DNA of 63,935 nt, the filler included, from Cercozoa sp. M6MM (taxonomy: Eukaryota > Protista > Endomyxa: Ascetosporea), in the NCBI GenBank assembly GCA_040357565.1. It is 9 parts of 9 records of this genome, joined end to end, with 100 filler letters (N's around TTAATTAATTAA, not from the genome) between each part and the next. Parts side by side here need not be neighbours in the genome. Positions count along the whole stretch, not along the records: positions 1 to 9,146 come from JBDODJ010000494.1; positions 9,247 to 33,344 come from JBDODJ010000162.1; 7 more parts are not named here. One strand, given 5' to 3'. The notes below the pieces were generated by a model. It saw nothing but the letters and a program-made list of their open reading frames with translations, was not told the DNA's origin and made no database searches. Shown in pieces: positions 1-14,000 of this stretch (positions are counted from its first letter, which is position 1; every line of letters starts with the position of its first letter). The translations under genes were made by a program, and so were the position numbers.

Positions 1-620
1 TTTTTTTTTTTGGGGGGCTTTTTTGCACCTTGCATTGTGATTCGAACTTGCGAATCATCGCGTGCTGCACTCACGAAAGCACTTCTAGTTCGATACACAC
101 GCCACTAAACTGCTTGTTGGACCCACAAAACCGGTGGGCTGTTCGGTATTATTTGTTTAAGGAGGCGACGTCTAGAATATCCAATCAGATACGCAGAAGG
201 GGTTTTTTATCATACTGTACTTCTGCCTGAGACACTCCGAAGCGTTCGGACACTGGCGTGTTTGAGGATCGTACACCAGCAGCGTACACTAAAGCATGTA
301 CGTGATGCTGCATGCATATGGCTAGTCTAGACCAGGTACGACTTGTGTAAATTACTTCCCCCAAGTATCAGTATCGATTCGTTTGGCTGATAACCCGTAG
401 TGCGACAAGAGTCGCACCGACGACGACGCTTTCTTTCCGGCGCTGTTCACCTCGTCGAGTTTAATGTACACTCAGCACACACACACACATACATAGCAAT
501 TGGAAGGCATGTTCTCTTGAATACACACACCCAACAGTATCACCGACGACGTCGAGGCCGCCGGTGCTTCGCATTCCCAGCACACCTTAGCACAGAGCGA
601 ACAACTCGCTCAGGCACTCG

Positions 621-652
<32 letters not shown>
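621..652. repeat. (AAC)n microsatellite
   Basis: Visible directly. Confidence 0.95.
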
Positions 653-654
<2 letters not shown>

Positions 655-699
655 CGAGGATGAGGAGGTATCGAGAACCCCACAATGATCATATTCATG

Positions 700-2300
700 A
701 TGACTGGTTCGGCTGATTGGAAAGGAGAGGAAACAAGTCCGACGCATTTTCCTGACGGCTTCCATGTACGCTGTGGAACAGCACTACTTTTTAAATGCAC
801 CTCATCGCTTTTACTGGACGAAAGTAGACTGGCGATCACAGTGGCAACGACCTTGTTCATTCTGACCTTTGCTGTTCGAGGCAGCGCGCAGGTAACTCAA
901 GTTGTACTTCTGCGAGACACTTTACTGATACTGTATCATATTGTAAGTTTCATAGAAAACGGCAACACAGTTCTGGTTCAGTTGGTACAGTACCCCAAGA
1001 TAGCCAGGTCAAGGATAATTTACCGTACCCTGTTGTACCAGGAACCCCGACCTGGTGTGGCTGCTGCCGTTTCTCACGATCGATCAACTGTATGCAGACA
1101 CAAAAACTACGGCTAAACCGTGTGTGGTCCTGTTGATTGAATGACTGACAGGCTGCTCTATGGTGTGGGCGTCGTGTTCAAGTGGCTGTGCTTTATCCGG
1201 TGGTACCACGTGCCTCGAGCCCTGTTCCAGCGAGCCATTGGTCCCAGGAGGAACTGGTATCACGAACGACCTGAGGGTTCTTCAGCATGCATTCAATCAC
1301 GCTCTGCGATGCACTAGGGGTGGACGTGCCGAGCTGGAACGGATACGAGAAGTAGTCGGTGGTACAGTCCCAGTAGTCAAGTTGGGAACATGCTCTTGAT
1401 TCTAGTTGGTGTGCACAGGTGACCGAGTGCTCAAGCGGATGGACGGACTGCCTCGAAAGGCACTCCACATGATCACTATCGTGCAGTCCTCCCTGTTGTT
1501 GGGCAGTCGTAGTCTATCACATAAATCCACTCTGTAATTTTCACCCGTGGAACTCTTCTAGTCTTCCGCGAGGACGTGACGCGCGTGCAGACCATCGTGG
1601 TGCTGCAGTCACTCAACGTGCTGATAGGCATTTGGTTTCTTAAGAGCGAGCACGTGGCGTCCAAGCTCTTCTACCATCAGGTCTTCGCCGGTCTCTGTTC
1701 TGCTTAATAGTCAGGCTACCGAGGAGTACTGTAGGCACGTCTTCGCGATGGTCGGTGGGGACGACACAACTTGCTACTGGTAACTTACCCCCCCCCCCCG
1801 TCTAGTTGTACGACCGTACACGTGTGTCTTAACGAGACAGGTGCGTTCGACGACGCTGTGCGCATCGATCTCGCTGTCGTCGCTGACGTTCTGGATGCGC
1901 GGCGACCTCAAGGTTGACGAGGACGATGCGAGGGTACACGTGTCTAGTCCCTCCAACTTAAACATGTTCTAACCAGTTGTAGTTAACGTCGTTACTGCTG
2001 TTGTTGGCCTTACTGCCGACTGGTGGGCACTGTTTGTAGACCTGTTCATGTCGTAAATCGGTTGTGTATCGCTCTTGCATCGTAGCCGTGGGTGACGCCC
2101 TGGGCGAGGTGGTTGGTTCACTCTGGGGAACACACCAGGTACTACACTGCATTGCTCAGATTGCAGCTTTGGCTCTTGAATTGTGTGAGCAGTGCCGAGT
2201 CTGGGGCATTGGCCAAATCAATCGGTGCTTTCTTTTCATGCCTGGCTTGACTTTAAACTTACTTATTCGCAAACTACTGGAAACTTACTGACTGGTAAAA
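700..2300 (-). mobile_element. Heavily degraded Ty3/Gypsy-like (chromovirus-like) integrase relic
   Basis: Intron-free, stop-riddled minus-strand fragments in integrase order: HHDGLHARH and VIDYDCPT (HHCC-like), TDYFS, IECMLK...WDQWL, a YLG/GPY-like segment, AVFYETY, and EVHLK...RTWKP (chromodomain-like). Motif resemblance only; boundaries approximate. Confidence 0.35.
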
Positions 2301-2493
2301 CACAGCAAGTCCATCGAAGGAAGCACTGCCGTTTTTTTGGTACTGACCTGCATACGCGCAGGTGCATATGCCAGTGTATGTGTTTACCATCGAACAAGCA
2401 GGGCACCTTGGTATCGCAAGAGTTGGCCGTCCTGAGCTTTGCTACACGACACCTAGGCGGTTTTCAACCCCTCCTGTAAACTCCATCTATCTG

Positions 2494-2676
<183 letters not shown>

Positions 2677-3162
2677 GACATGCAACGGCTACATCATACG
2701 CACTAGGAGTACGTATCTGTGAGCAGGTTTCTTTCTGCATCGATAAGTACGGTGCTAGAGCTCGCCTCGCCAAGAGCCACTGACAACGGTGTGCTTCCCA
2801 TTAGGTAACACATCTGCATTGTCACACCCGTGTCCTATATCTTTTGGTTGCTGAAATTATCTGTATCTGCGGATGTGTAGCAATTTTGTGCTGGTATGGG
2901 TGTACCTCCGCAACAACCGTCACTTGCTCAGCTAAAAATTGACGGAAACTGCTATCGCTTTTTTCTCCAGTCAGCGAGTAAACTGTAAATCGACGACTGA
3001 GCTTGAAGTGCTGAGCGGAAGTGCTGGGCTGGACGGCAACGCAGACTTCACTGAATCTTGAAAGCTCATAGCTCGGCCAAAGCCCGACTGGGCACCGTGG
3101 TTGCGTTAAATAAAATTATGTAAACTTATCGACGCTACGGCGATACTGGACGTTCGTTCTGT

Positions 3163-6100
3163 TTAATTTGGTTGCGTGAGCTGCTCGTCGACGGCACCGC
3201 CGGGCGCGGGCGAAGCCGGCTCGAGCTCGACCTTGCGGTTTGAGTCGGCCACGGCAGAGATGTTGCAAGCTTCTGCCGAAGTCACCGGTTGCTCTTCCTG
3301 TTGCTGCTGTTGATGTTGCTGTTGATGTTGCTGCGGCTGTAGCAACACCTGCTGTTGCAGGTGCATGGGCACATGAACCTGCTGCTGCTGCGGCATCGAT
3401 ACCAAGGTAGGTGGTTGCTGCTGGCTCTGAAGTGAAAGCGGAGCCTGAACTGGCGCACTGCACTGGTGCGTTTGCTGGAGCTGCGACTGCGACTGCACCT
3501 GAAGTTGCGCTTGCTGCTGCTTTTGCGCCAGCACGGCACTGCACGGGGTGCCTCGATAATCATGTGTGTGTGTATGTTGTGTGTTTGTGTGTGTATGTGT
3601 GTGCGCGTGTGTGTGTGTGTATGTGTGTGTTTGTGTGTGCGTGCGTGCGTGCGTGTGAGTGGGACAAGGAGAAACAGGAAAAAGAACGCACTGACACACG
3701 ACAAGGTGTCTCTCGAGCAGCATAAGTTGGTGCCTGCACTTGGCGTGGTCCGCGTGCAAGCGCATGTACAGCAACTTCAGTTGCTGTTGTTGAATTTGTG
3801 TTGGCGACCGTGACTACAACACACGACAGAACACAATGTAGTGTGCGTGTGATCATGCTAGCACATGCGTGTCGAGAGCAACCATACAGCGAACGAAACC
3901 GGCGGCAACACTGTGCGCATCCACATGCGCGGCGTTTCTTGAGGAGTCTTATTCACGGGAGACTACGTCCCCGTACAATATATCAACAACAACCAGTCGA
4001 TGCCGAAAAGATACTACCAGAAGGTAGCCGCAATCGTCGCCAAGCGGAGGCTCTTCGACGTGCTTTGGCGACTCTTCTTCCGTGACGACTTCGTCACCCA
4101 CCTCGTCGTCCTCCTCGCTGTCGCTAAGCAAAAAAGAGCAACACAGGTAAAGTGATACAACTCTTTAAACGGCAAAATACAATTCTCCAAAACAACAACA
4201 AAGCCCAAACTCACTGCAAGAACTCCTCGTCCGAACTCGGTCGAAAGTCACTTTCGTTGTCCTCCTCGTATTTTTTCACTCGCAGTCGTTTCTTCTTTCG
4301 TTCCTACACACACACACGACATGGGTACACAAAGAAAGGCAACTGGTGATCAAGTCCGCTATGTTTACCTCAGCTTTCAGCTCTAAGCGGCGTTTCTTCG
4401 CTTCAAACTTTCGCTGTCGTCTCTCCTCAAGTTCAGGGTCTAAATCCTGCTCTTCACCCTCGACAGCTTCATCGGTCTCGGCTTTCTTTTGCTCCGCACT
4501 GTCTTGCTTGGCGTCAGCATCCTCCTTTTCTTCCTTTTCGTCTTCTTGATCACTCCAGATGCCAGAGTACGCATCAAAAACTACCGGTTTCGTTCGCCGC
4601 GAAGACCGACGAACTAACGAAGCTGCCTCCTTGTTTTGGTCTTTGGCTTCCGTGGCCACCACCGACGGTCCCTGTTTCCCGACGTCATCACCGACATGCT
4701 CGCTCCCGGCGCTGCTGCAGCTGCTGGCGTCTGGCTTTTGTTGCACGCTACGTTCGGCGCCAGTGTCTGCCGAAGCCGATACCACAGTGGATACCTCTTT
4801 GGTGCCCTCACTGTCCACAGTGGTGGCAGGAGCTGCTTGAGAAGCCGACGGAGACGACAGCAGGCCCATCATTGAGGCAGTGCTGAATGCATCGCCGAGC
4901 AGTGCATCGCTCGCAAGTGCTCGCTGTCGTTGTTGCTCTTCGTGCATCTGCTGCAGCTGCATGCTTCGAGCCTACGATGTATAGACATACATCACAGCAC
5001 TGCGTGGCAAGACAGTCAGATTAAGGACATGGGCGAGAACCTGAATAGCCTGCATCTTGCTCGCTACTTGTTGGTAAAAGGCAAGCTGGCATCGCTTTTC
5101 GTTCGCAAGTTGTTGGTACATCACCTGAAGCTGTTGCATCGGCATGGCTTCGAGTCTCATACGATACTGCAACACAATCAAATTCTCAAACATGCACATA
5201 TAAACTGAGTGCCTGATGTAACAACAAGGCACCTGTTGGAAGATCGCATCAGGGTGAGTTTGCAACTGCGCATGGGTAGACGTTTGCGACGGTGCGGCAG
5301 TGTCCTCTACAGTGATGAGAGAGCCGATACTCGAAACAGACCAAAAAGCAAAGGTCATACCGCCAGCGGCTTCATCGTCGGACATAGCATCGTGGCTGTC
5401 ATTTGAAAAAGTCTTTGACTCTTTGCGCAGCGGTTCGTTCTTTCCACAACTTTTTGCTTTCGCTTTCGTCTTTGCTTTCGCTTTCGTCTTTGCTGGCTTT
5501 GACTTTTTTGCAGGCTTTGATGGTGGGGGAACATACGTCAACTCCTCTTCCGTGTACGAGTAGCCAGGCAGGCGGGGAAGTACCTAATAATCAAGTGCAC
5601 GTGATATTTGAACCGCGAAGTATGAAAGTTACATCAAGCAAGGCGCCATCGTCACACAGCATGCAGTCAACAGGAAGCCGGCCATCTTCTTCACTAGGAA
5701 TCTCGTCAACCTCGTCCTCCGAGTTGTCTCCCGGCGGTGCCTTCCATCGCAGCAGTTTTGGAGCACGATCGTTCACTCGCTGCACGTTGCCAAAGTAGAC
5801 GTTCAGTTTTTTGCCTGCAAGGACCTCACATTAACGCGAATGCACATCGGTAAGTCTGACAAAGGGGTAATGTACCAATCTGCGACAGAGGCACGACAAG
5901 TTCCGCGTGAGGCATCGCGTGCAACTGGCGGGTCTCCAGTTGAACTGCGTGTGCGGGTGCCACTGTTTGACATTGTATTGAATAACACACACACACATGC
6001 ACACACACATACACACACACACACACAAGCACACGAGAAACGCATGTGTCGGAAAAGGTACGAGGTCGCTTCGGTTTTCGCCACCGACGCACGCCCATTT

Positions 6101-6958
6101 TGCCTAGCTTCAATCGACCGTCCTTGTCCTTCGCCTTTTTTGAAAGATTGGGACTCTCTCCGTCTTCGCTAGGGTCGTTTTCGGCCGTCGCTGGCTTTGC
6201 TGCTTCAGCCTTCTGCTTAACGTAGGCGGCGGCAGCGGCGACTTTTGCTTCGTACTCGCGCTTCTCAAAGGCGTACGGATCGACCATCGGCGCGCTTGAC
6301 TTCAGCACTGCTGCCTTCACCGGCGCCTTCTCCCAATCTGCAAAAAACAAAACGAGCACAATCTCGGGTGGAAACATTTCAATGTGCTGGTGTTGCTAGG
6401 TGTACCGTAGCGAGACACGAGTGCAGAAGCTTCATTATCAGAGGACACGCGGATCTCGCGAATCAGGCACGGAGCGAACATTACGCGCCTTTTCACAAGC
6501 AATCGCACGTCGTAGAAGGCACCACATTCAAGAGCATCGATCGTAGTCTCGTTGGGCAGTGCTAAAGGAGTCTGGTTTGCCGACACACAGATGTCTTCCT
6601 TCGCTTTCTCGCTTCCAGGCTTGTCGTTCGAGCTGGCAGCCTCACTTGCTTTGGGCGAGGAGACCTGGGCCGCGTTGACGTCGGTGTTCTCACCAGCGCC
6701 AATCAAATTGGCTGCAACGTCGCCAATCTCCTGCTCAGCGGCGGTCTTTTGAGCCGTCTTCTCTGCTACTCGAGCCTGCTTGTGCCGCTTCTTCTGTTCC
6801 AAATCAGGGCGAAGAAGACGACCATTCTGCTTAAGTTAGAGATAATACACCACGGCTACCCAGAAGAAAAGTATACACACCTCGCCAAACCGAAAGTCGA
6901 ATTCGCTGCCGCTGAGGAAGCGAAGCGCGCGCTTGTCTGCTGGCACGGCAGTACACAT
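3163..6958 (-). CDS. Multi-exon hypothetical nuclear protein: Tudor/chromo-barrel-like segment, basic/acidic tracts, Gln-rich C-terminus
   Basis: Runs from ATG 6958 (MCTAVPADKRALRF) through GT-AG-joined exons (GAFYDVRLLVKRRVMFAPCLIREIRV...RY|DWEK; KAKAKTKAK; ELEERRQRKFEAKKRRL) to the Gln-rich exon ending TAA 3163. The domain call is tentative. Confidence 0.65.
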
Positions 6959-7501
6959 AATTTTCCGTGGAGAGCGAAAAACGAAACTCGAAACTCACAA
7001 TTCGTGCGCGGTGTCGCTTTGCTCGGAGTCTCGTCAAGCCAGACGTGTCTCAGGCGCTGTGATCGTGTCCAGGCACTTAGTGGCCCATCTGCGTGTCAAG
7101 AATACTCATTGGTCAATCTGTCGTCTCGAGTGACCACCAATAGCGCATCATCCGCGTGTTTGTGTGGGTCAGCAAACGAACAAAGATGACCCCCAAAACC
7201 GTCGTTGAAAAACAAGCTTGCTTAATTCATACCATTTGCGTCCATGAGGCAACTTTTCAACACTACTGCGGGTTTGAAACCCTGTCTAGCAAAGTAGCGC
7301 TCGCCAGAGATGCAAAAAAACGTGTTGGTGGCCGGAGCGCTGACAAATACAAAAAAAAAAAATCAACGAACATTAAAAGACTTGAGCGTGCCATTCGAGA
7401 GTTTCATACGTTACAAGGGTGTGTGAAGCTGTGAGCTACTGTATACAACGTAGGACTCGAGTGGTAGACGGCGTTTCGTGTGGTTCTGAACGAAGCGAAT
7501 C

Positions 7502-8999
7502 ATGGGCAAGAAGGTGCGTTTTCCATGTATTGTTCCTCCGACAAAACGTGGGATGTGCCAATGTTGATATATGTGCATAGGCGTCGTTGCACACGACGCG
7601 TGGCGTCGACAACATGATGAAGGCGGCCGGCCTTCAGAAGCTGAAGCACTACTGTCAGCTGTGTCAGAAGCAATGTCGCGACGACAATGGTTTCAAGTTG
7701 CACACGCAAAGCGACGGGCACTTGCGCCAAGTGCAGCTGTTCCTCGAGAATCCGGACAAGGTTGTCGACCAGTTCTCGCGTCAGTTCTGCGCAGGCTACA
7801 TGTCCGTTGTACGCAAGCGTGGTCGCGACTGGATCGATGCCAACACACTCTACAAGGTAGCACATGGCTTCCGAACCCCTTGCTTGTTGTCGGTGTGATT
7901 CTCTCGGTGCCTCTCTCCCAGGACTACATTTCGGACCGGCATCACATCCACATGAACGGCACGCAATGGAGCACACTGAGCAACTTCATCACCTACCTCG
8001 TGCGCGAGGATAAGGTGCTGGCCGATCGGCGCGGTGGCCACCTGTACATCAAGCTGCTCGACGAGGCCACACGCGAACGCATGCGCGCCAAGAACCGCGA
8101 GAAGGTATCTCTCATTCTTTACCTACCCCACCCATCTAACCCACCCATTTAACCCACCCATCTAACCCACCCATCTAACCCATATAACCCATATAACCCA
8201 TCTATCCTATCTACCTACCTATCCATCCATCTATCCTATCTACCTATCTACCTATCCAGCCATCTATCCTATCTGTTACCCCCCCCCCCAGGTCTTGGTG
8301 AGCGACGAGGAGCGCGCGCGGCGTCGCGTGGCCCGACAAGTCGCGGCGGCGCGAATGCAGGCGCAGCTCAACGGCGAGGAGGTCGAGGACATTCCCGAGG
8401 TACATGCTCTCGAGATACACTACCTGATACACTACCTGATACACTACCTGATACACTGTCTAATACACTATCTAATACACTACCTAATACACTACCTAAT
8501 ACACTACCTAATGCACTACCTAATACACTACCTGGTACACGAGATAAGACACTATCTAATCCACTATCTATTTCACTATCTATTACACTATCTATTACAC
8601 TATCTATTTCACTACCTGATACACTATCTAAGACACTACCTGATACACTATCTAATACACTACCTAATACACCTATTGTTCCTGTATTCATCGGTGTCAA
8701 TTCTAACTGAACTCTGTACGTGTGCTCGCAGGAAGACCGGCAGTTCAAAGCCGACGGCAAGATCGAATTCGAGCTCAAGAAGAAACAAGACGATCTCTCC
8801 GACAGCGAGAACGAGAGCGAAGAGAGGCAAGCCGAGGAGGTGCCAGACTGCCTGTCTACCAGATACTATAGCACCCATATATAGCATGTGTGTATGTGTG
8901 TATGTCTATGCAGGAGAAGAAACCAGTCACGTTCTCTGTCAAGAAGCCCGGCAAGGGTCTCGCCCGGCCGCCCAAGAAGCAGAAGCGTCGCATGCGACT
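7502..8999 (+). CDS. KIN17: DNA/RNA-binding protein KIN17, 3'-truncated by contig end
   Basis: MGKK|ASLHTTRGVDNMMKAAGLQKLKHYCQLCQKQCRDDNGFKLHTQSDGHLRQ...DYISDRHHIHMNGTQWSTLSNF: KIN17 C2H2 zinc finger and mid domain. Confidence 0.95.
8414..8672 (+). repeat. Intronic 12-nt minisatellite (ACACTACCTAAT-like, ~20 copies) in KIN17
   Basis: Tandem units visible; they produce the spurious IHYL-repeat ORF. Confidence 0.95.
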
Positions 9000-9032
9000 G
9001 TAGCTTTCCCCACTGGCCTCCCACCTGTGTAT

Positions 9033-9146
<114 letters not shown>

Positions 9147-9246
9147 NNNNNNNNNNNNNNNNNNNNNNNNNNNNNNNNNNNNNNNNNNNNTTAATTAATT
9201 AANNNNNNNNNNNNNNNNNNNNNNNNNNNNNNNNNNNNNNNNNNNN
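9147..9246. other. Artificial contig-joining spacer N-TTAATTAATTAA-N (also 33345-33443, 38964-39063, 47244-47343, 51051-51150, 54207-54306, 60326-60425, 61703-61802)
   Basis: The same ~100-nt construct with a palindromic all-frame-stop core recurs. Genes on either side are truncated and unrelated. Confidence 0.97.
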
Positions 9247-9558
9247 TATGTGTATATGTGTATGTGCATGTGTATGTGTATATGTGTATATATATATGTG
9301 TATCTATATGTGTATATGTGTATGTGGATGTGTATGTGTATGTGTATATGTGTATGTGCATGTGTATGTGTATGNNNNNNNNNNATGTGTATGTGTATGT
9401 GTATATGTGTATGTGCATGTGTATGTGTATGTGTATATGTGTACGTGTAAGTGTATATTGATATGTATATGTATATGTGTATATGTGTATGCGTATATGT
9501 GTATGTGTATGTGTATGTACAAAGGCTGTCTTGTGTATGTGTTGTGGGATGTGGTACA

Positions 9559-9847
9559 GTGCAAGGCAGCGTCGTCGCTAAACTGTCGCCAGAACAATCG
9601 GCGCACGTCCTCCAACGTGTGGTGTCGGAAGTCATCTATACAGGTAACATATGTATATAAAAAAAAAAATATATATATATACATATATATATATATATCC
9701 ATCTATAGAAGCGAGCAAGGGTACCGCCACGTGCACCGGCGACAGCAACGAGCGTCATCACAACGCACTTGGGTACCGCCACTCTGTGAGTATATTTAAA
9801 TATACTTATCTCCTTATATACTTATATATTTATATATTTATATATCC

Positions 9848-9879
<32 letters not shown>

Positions 9880-10696
9880 ATATATATAGATATATATATA
9901 TAGAGTTGTATATATATGTGTGTCCGAGAGAGAAAGAGGGAGAAGATACGTGGTTTGTTCCAGCAGCTGCAGGAAGCGGCGCAGCAACTTGAGTGCCTCG
10001 GCGCGCTCGGCCAGCACGAAACGATCCGTCTCCGTCACTTGCTGCAAGCATCATCATCATCACACCAGGAGAATCACTCTGCCCTTCTCTGTATTTACTT
10101 CAAACAACACACACACACAAAGACTCGTACCTTCTTATCTTTGCGACGCCGCTTGATCTCACTTTCGCGTTCGAGTGAGCGGCACACGAACAGCAGTATA
10201 TTGCTGCGGATTAGCGTGTCCAATCGCTCCTCCTGCGGCAACAAAAGAGGCTCGGCATTTGCACCTAGCTTTGCGACCGAAACTTACCAGCAACAGTGCA
10301 CGAACAATGCGCAAGACCACTTCGCGCAATTTCGGGTACGGATCCTGCACACAGCAAGACGAAACGCGATCACCAACAAACCCAAGCAGCGAAAACGAGG
10401 TACGAGCAAGAAGCGTCGCAACAGTCGCAGTAACGACGCAAACTCGTCCACAGAGCACGGAACATTCTCGGTTGATCTTACAGTCACCAAAAGGCGGTAA
10501 AGTGCACGAAAGCGCTTCTCAACCTGTCAGACAACACAAGCAAAATGATCGATCGGTCAACTGACAAAATCAATCTCAAGAGCACCTCAGCAGTATCGTC
10601 ACTGTCGTGTGGAAGCGAACTGAGCGACTTCACGCCTTCTGATACGCCTAACTTGTAGGGCTGTACTGAATTGTCTTCACCGCCGCGTTTTTCCAT
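9559..10696 (-). CDS. RICTOR: RICTOR/AVO3 (TORC2 subunit) N-terminal exons, 3'-truncated
   Basis: Spliced: LRLLRRFLL|[19 protein letters not shown]|[22 protein letters not shown]...|[15 protein letters not shown]|[13 protein letters not shown]...|DDFRHHTLE. Matches RICTOR_N motifs (ER.QAL.L.R; P..VV..L.A.A; D.FR...LE). Confidence 0.8.
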
Positions 10697-11034
10697 GCGG
10701 CCTGTACAAAATACAACAAATCCAAGGCGACTGTCAAGTCGACTTTCATTTGAAAAACGTTGGTACGTGGCAAAGCAACTCGCACAGCATTTGAGCGCAT
10801 GGTACGCCGCTTCAACGAAACGAAGCACCTGCTGGCCCACAACAGAAGCGATCTGTGTGGGCCGGCAGACACCAAACCACCGCCTTAAAAAAACTGGGCG
10901 ATCGATTCTGAGACCGTCCAGGTCGCGACAGTGCAGCAAGAGTGTGTTGCGGCTACAGAGGTGGCATTTTGAGCGGTGGGGTGCCAATCAAATCCGTGTA
11001 GGAAGAGTTGGTTGTTGTTGACGCAATCACAATC

Positions 11035-14000
11035 ATGTCAAGCGACGAGTTGTCGCAGCTCGTGGCGCAGTTCTGCTCCGACGAGGCGGCACAGGCGTGC
11101 GTCGGACGCACTGGCAGTGTGCTGGAGAGTGATGATGCGATTGTTGCGAAGCTTCCGCAAGGTAGGCTGCCGTGTGGTTGTGTAGTATTGTGTATATTAG
11201 CAAAAAGCGAAAAGTCTGCTGATGTGTAGCCTTGCAAGGCGACCTGACGCGCCTGGTGGAGGCACTGGGCGACAAGTTGACCAGTGCAGAGACAGCGAAG
11301 CGACGTCGTGCCACTGCATTGTTTGGCCATGCGTGCGGTGCACTGGCGGTGGTGCCACTGTCGGCCCTGCAGTACCTGGAGAAGCGCCTGTCGGACTTCC
11401 ACTGCGTCGTCGAGGTCATTGACGCTCTGCACACGGCCGTCCCCAGGTCGGACGCGCCGGCTGACTTTCTGATTAGTCTGGCGCACGAGTTGCTGGCGCA
11501 GTGCCACGTCTCTGCGCAGACGCAGCGCACGCGCCAGCGACTCTTCGTCGTGCTGCAGCACGCCTTCGCTGCTGCCGTGCGCGACCGCATCAGTGTGCCG
11601 GGTACCCTACCCCTCACTATCTACTACCGTTCCCTATCTCCCTAGGGATCCATCCTATCTCTCTACCCTTACCTTTACCTTTACCTTTCGCACCCCCTTC
11701 CCCCAGACACGATGGTGCAGTTGTACTGCGCCGCCATGACGGATGAGAAGGACCCGCGATGTCTCATGCTGAACTTTGCCTCACTGGCGCTTCTCACTAA
11801 GGTGTCTCTATCTATCTATATATATAAATGTATGTATGTGTACTTAATATTTTTAAGGTAGTTAAATCTGGATACATGTTATATATATATGTTATAATTA
11901 TAAATATATATATTAATTATATGTGTATTGACCTCAGGTGTGCCGTCCTGTGCATTCCTCCTTGGTGTTTGAAGCCACTGCATGTTACTTCCCGGTACAT
12001 ACCTCCTCCTCGCCAACCTCTGTCTCGTCCTTCCCCCCCCCCCCCCCCGTAGATCACGTTCCGTCCCCCACGGAACGACCCGATCGGAATCTCGCAGCAG
12101 GATTTGAAGCAGGCACTTCGCGGAGTGCTGGCGTGCCATGCCGATTTGTTGAAGCACGTGGTGCCCTTCCTACTGGACCAGGTGGTGGCTTCGTCCAGTG
12201 CACGTGTCGATGCACTGGACACACTGACGCACGTGCTCAACCAGGCGCACGCGAGGTACGCCTCGAGTGGCGACGAGTCGCCGCGTGTGCTGCGACCCAT
12301 GGCGCTGCGACTCTACACGGTCATCGCCGACGCTCTCTTCGGCGACGCCGGTCGCGAGACCGACACGCGCGACAGCTGTCTCCGTGTCGTGTACTCTCAC
12401 CTCCTACCCACCTCCTACCCACTTCCGACCCACCCCTACCCACTTCCGACCCACCCCGACCCACTTCCGACCCACCCCGACCCACTTCTGACCCACCCCT
12501 ACCCAATTCTGACCCACCCCTACCCACTTCCGACCCACCCCTACCCACTTCCGACCCACCCCTACCCACTTCCGACCCACGTCCTATCCCATCTATTATT
12601 TCCCCCTAGGCATGCGGGTACGCGAGTGTTGCTGCCGACGCACTGTGCCGGATTCGCCTTGGAGCACGCCGACGCGGCCACAGAGACGAGCGACTTCTGC
12701 GAGGCCGTCTTGAACGACGCGCGCAAGATGTGCGACAACGCCGACACCGATCTTGCGCGACTCTGTGGCCGACTGGTGTGTTTCGTCCTGTACGCCTCTC
12801 CCTACCTCTACACTCTGACCTCCTTGCACAGGCAGCAGCGTTTGCGGCGGCGAGTCCAGTGGCGTGCCGGCAGGTGCAGCAGCAGGTGGTGCTGCCGCGC
12901 GTGCTGCCGTCCCTGTCGCGCCTGAGTTCGCAGATGGAGACACACCGCGACCTGAGCGACACCGTGCAGATGCAGGTGGCTGTGTCGCGCATGTGCGCAC
13001 TGCTGCATTTCCTGACCGCTCTAGTCCGCGGGGATGCCACGGTGCGACTCAACGATCAGTCGAACGATCGGTCAGCAGATCACTCGACCGATCAGTCCAG
13101 GGACGGTGATGTCCAAGCACTGGCGCAGTGCTGTCTCTTTCTGCCGACCGGAAGCACGCCGCTCGATGAGGCTGTTGCGCAGGTTCTACTCCACATGCAG
13201 CCTTCCTTACCCCCACCTTCCTTACCCCTTACCCCTTACCCCTTACCCCTTACCCCTTACCCTTACCCTTTCCCCTTACCCTTGCCCTTGCCCTTTCCCC
13301 TTACCCCTTGCCCTTCCCCTTGCCCTTACTCCTTACTCCGTACCCCTTACCCCTTGCCCTTCCCCTTTACCCTCCCCACCCGCATCCTCAGGTGGTGGTG
13401 GCCTGCGCGAGGCAGATGCCGCGTGACTCGGCGCAGACAGTGCTGCGGCAGCTGATGCCACGGTGCACGCGGGTCGAGTCGACACCGTCGCTGACGCAGT
13501 CGCTGTGTGCCGTGTGTCGAGATGGCCACTCGCACCTGGTGCAGCAGCACGTGGTGGCACCGCGACTCGAGTCGCTCAGCGATCAGAGTGACCACTGGCT
13601 CCTGGAGACACTGCCGCAGTTGGCATGTGCCTGTGGTACCATCGCTACCACTGCCTTCTCAGCGCTACTGACGCACGTGGAGCACGGTGCCAGTGGTGCC
13701 AGTGACCACGTGCGCTACTTCCGTGCCATGTGGCGACTGGTGCAGTCGCTCGAGTCGGCTGACACTGCCTCTGCGATACTCCGTGTCTCGGACCGACTCG
13801 TTCGTCTGTATGACACGTGCGACACTGAGCAGGCCAAGGTACTGCTTCTCCCCACTGTCCGCCAACTGTGTCCTGCTGTATCAGCAACACGCTTGTTCAA
13901 CTCAGTGTGTGGAACGATGCGTGGCGCGACTGCTGCAACTGGGCGACGGTGCCGCACATGCCACGACGCTGCTGAAGGGCGCCACTGCCCTGCGACTCGT

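Noticed and set aside
25-110. tRNA on the minus strand (GTTCGAATC B-box)
   Set aside because: No cloverleaf can be folded; at most a SINE-like remnant.
2790-2915. U1 or other snRNA (Sm-like AATTTTGTG)
   Set aside because: No U1 5' ACTTACCTG or other diagnostic snRNA motif.
8414-8672. CRISPR-like arrays (also 12409-12580, 34640-34985, 62596-62708)
   Set aside because: Tandem units without unique spacers, no cas genes, and a eukaryotic intronic context.
9191-9202. Recurrent palindrome TTAATTAATTAA as a biological motif (e.g. an excision or piggyBac site)
   Set aside because: Always centred in a ~100-nt N block with truncated genes either side, so it is an assembly spacer. Gene neighbourhoods across spacers are meaningless.
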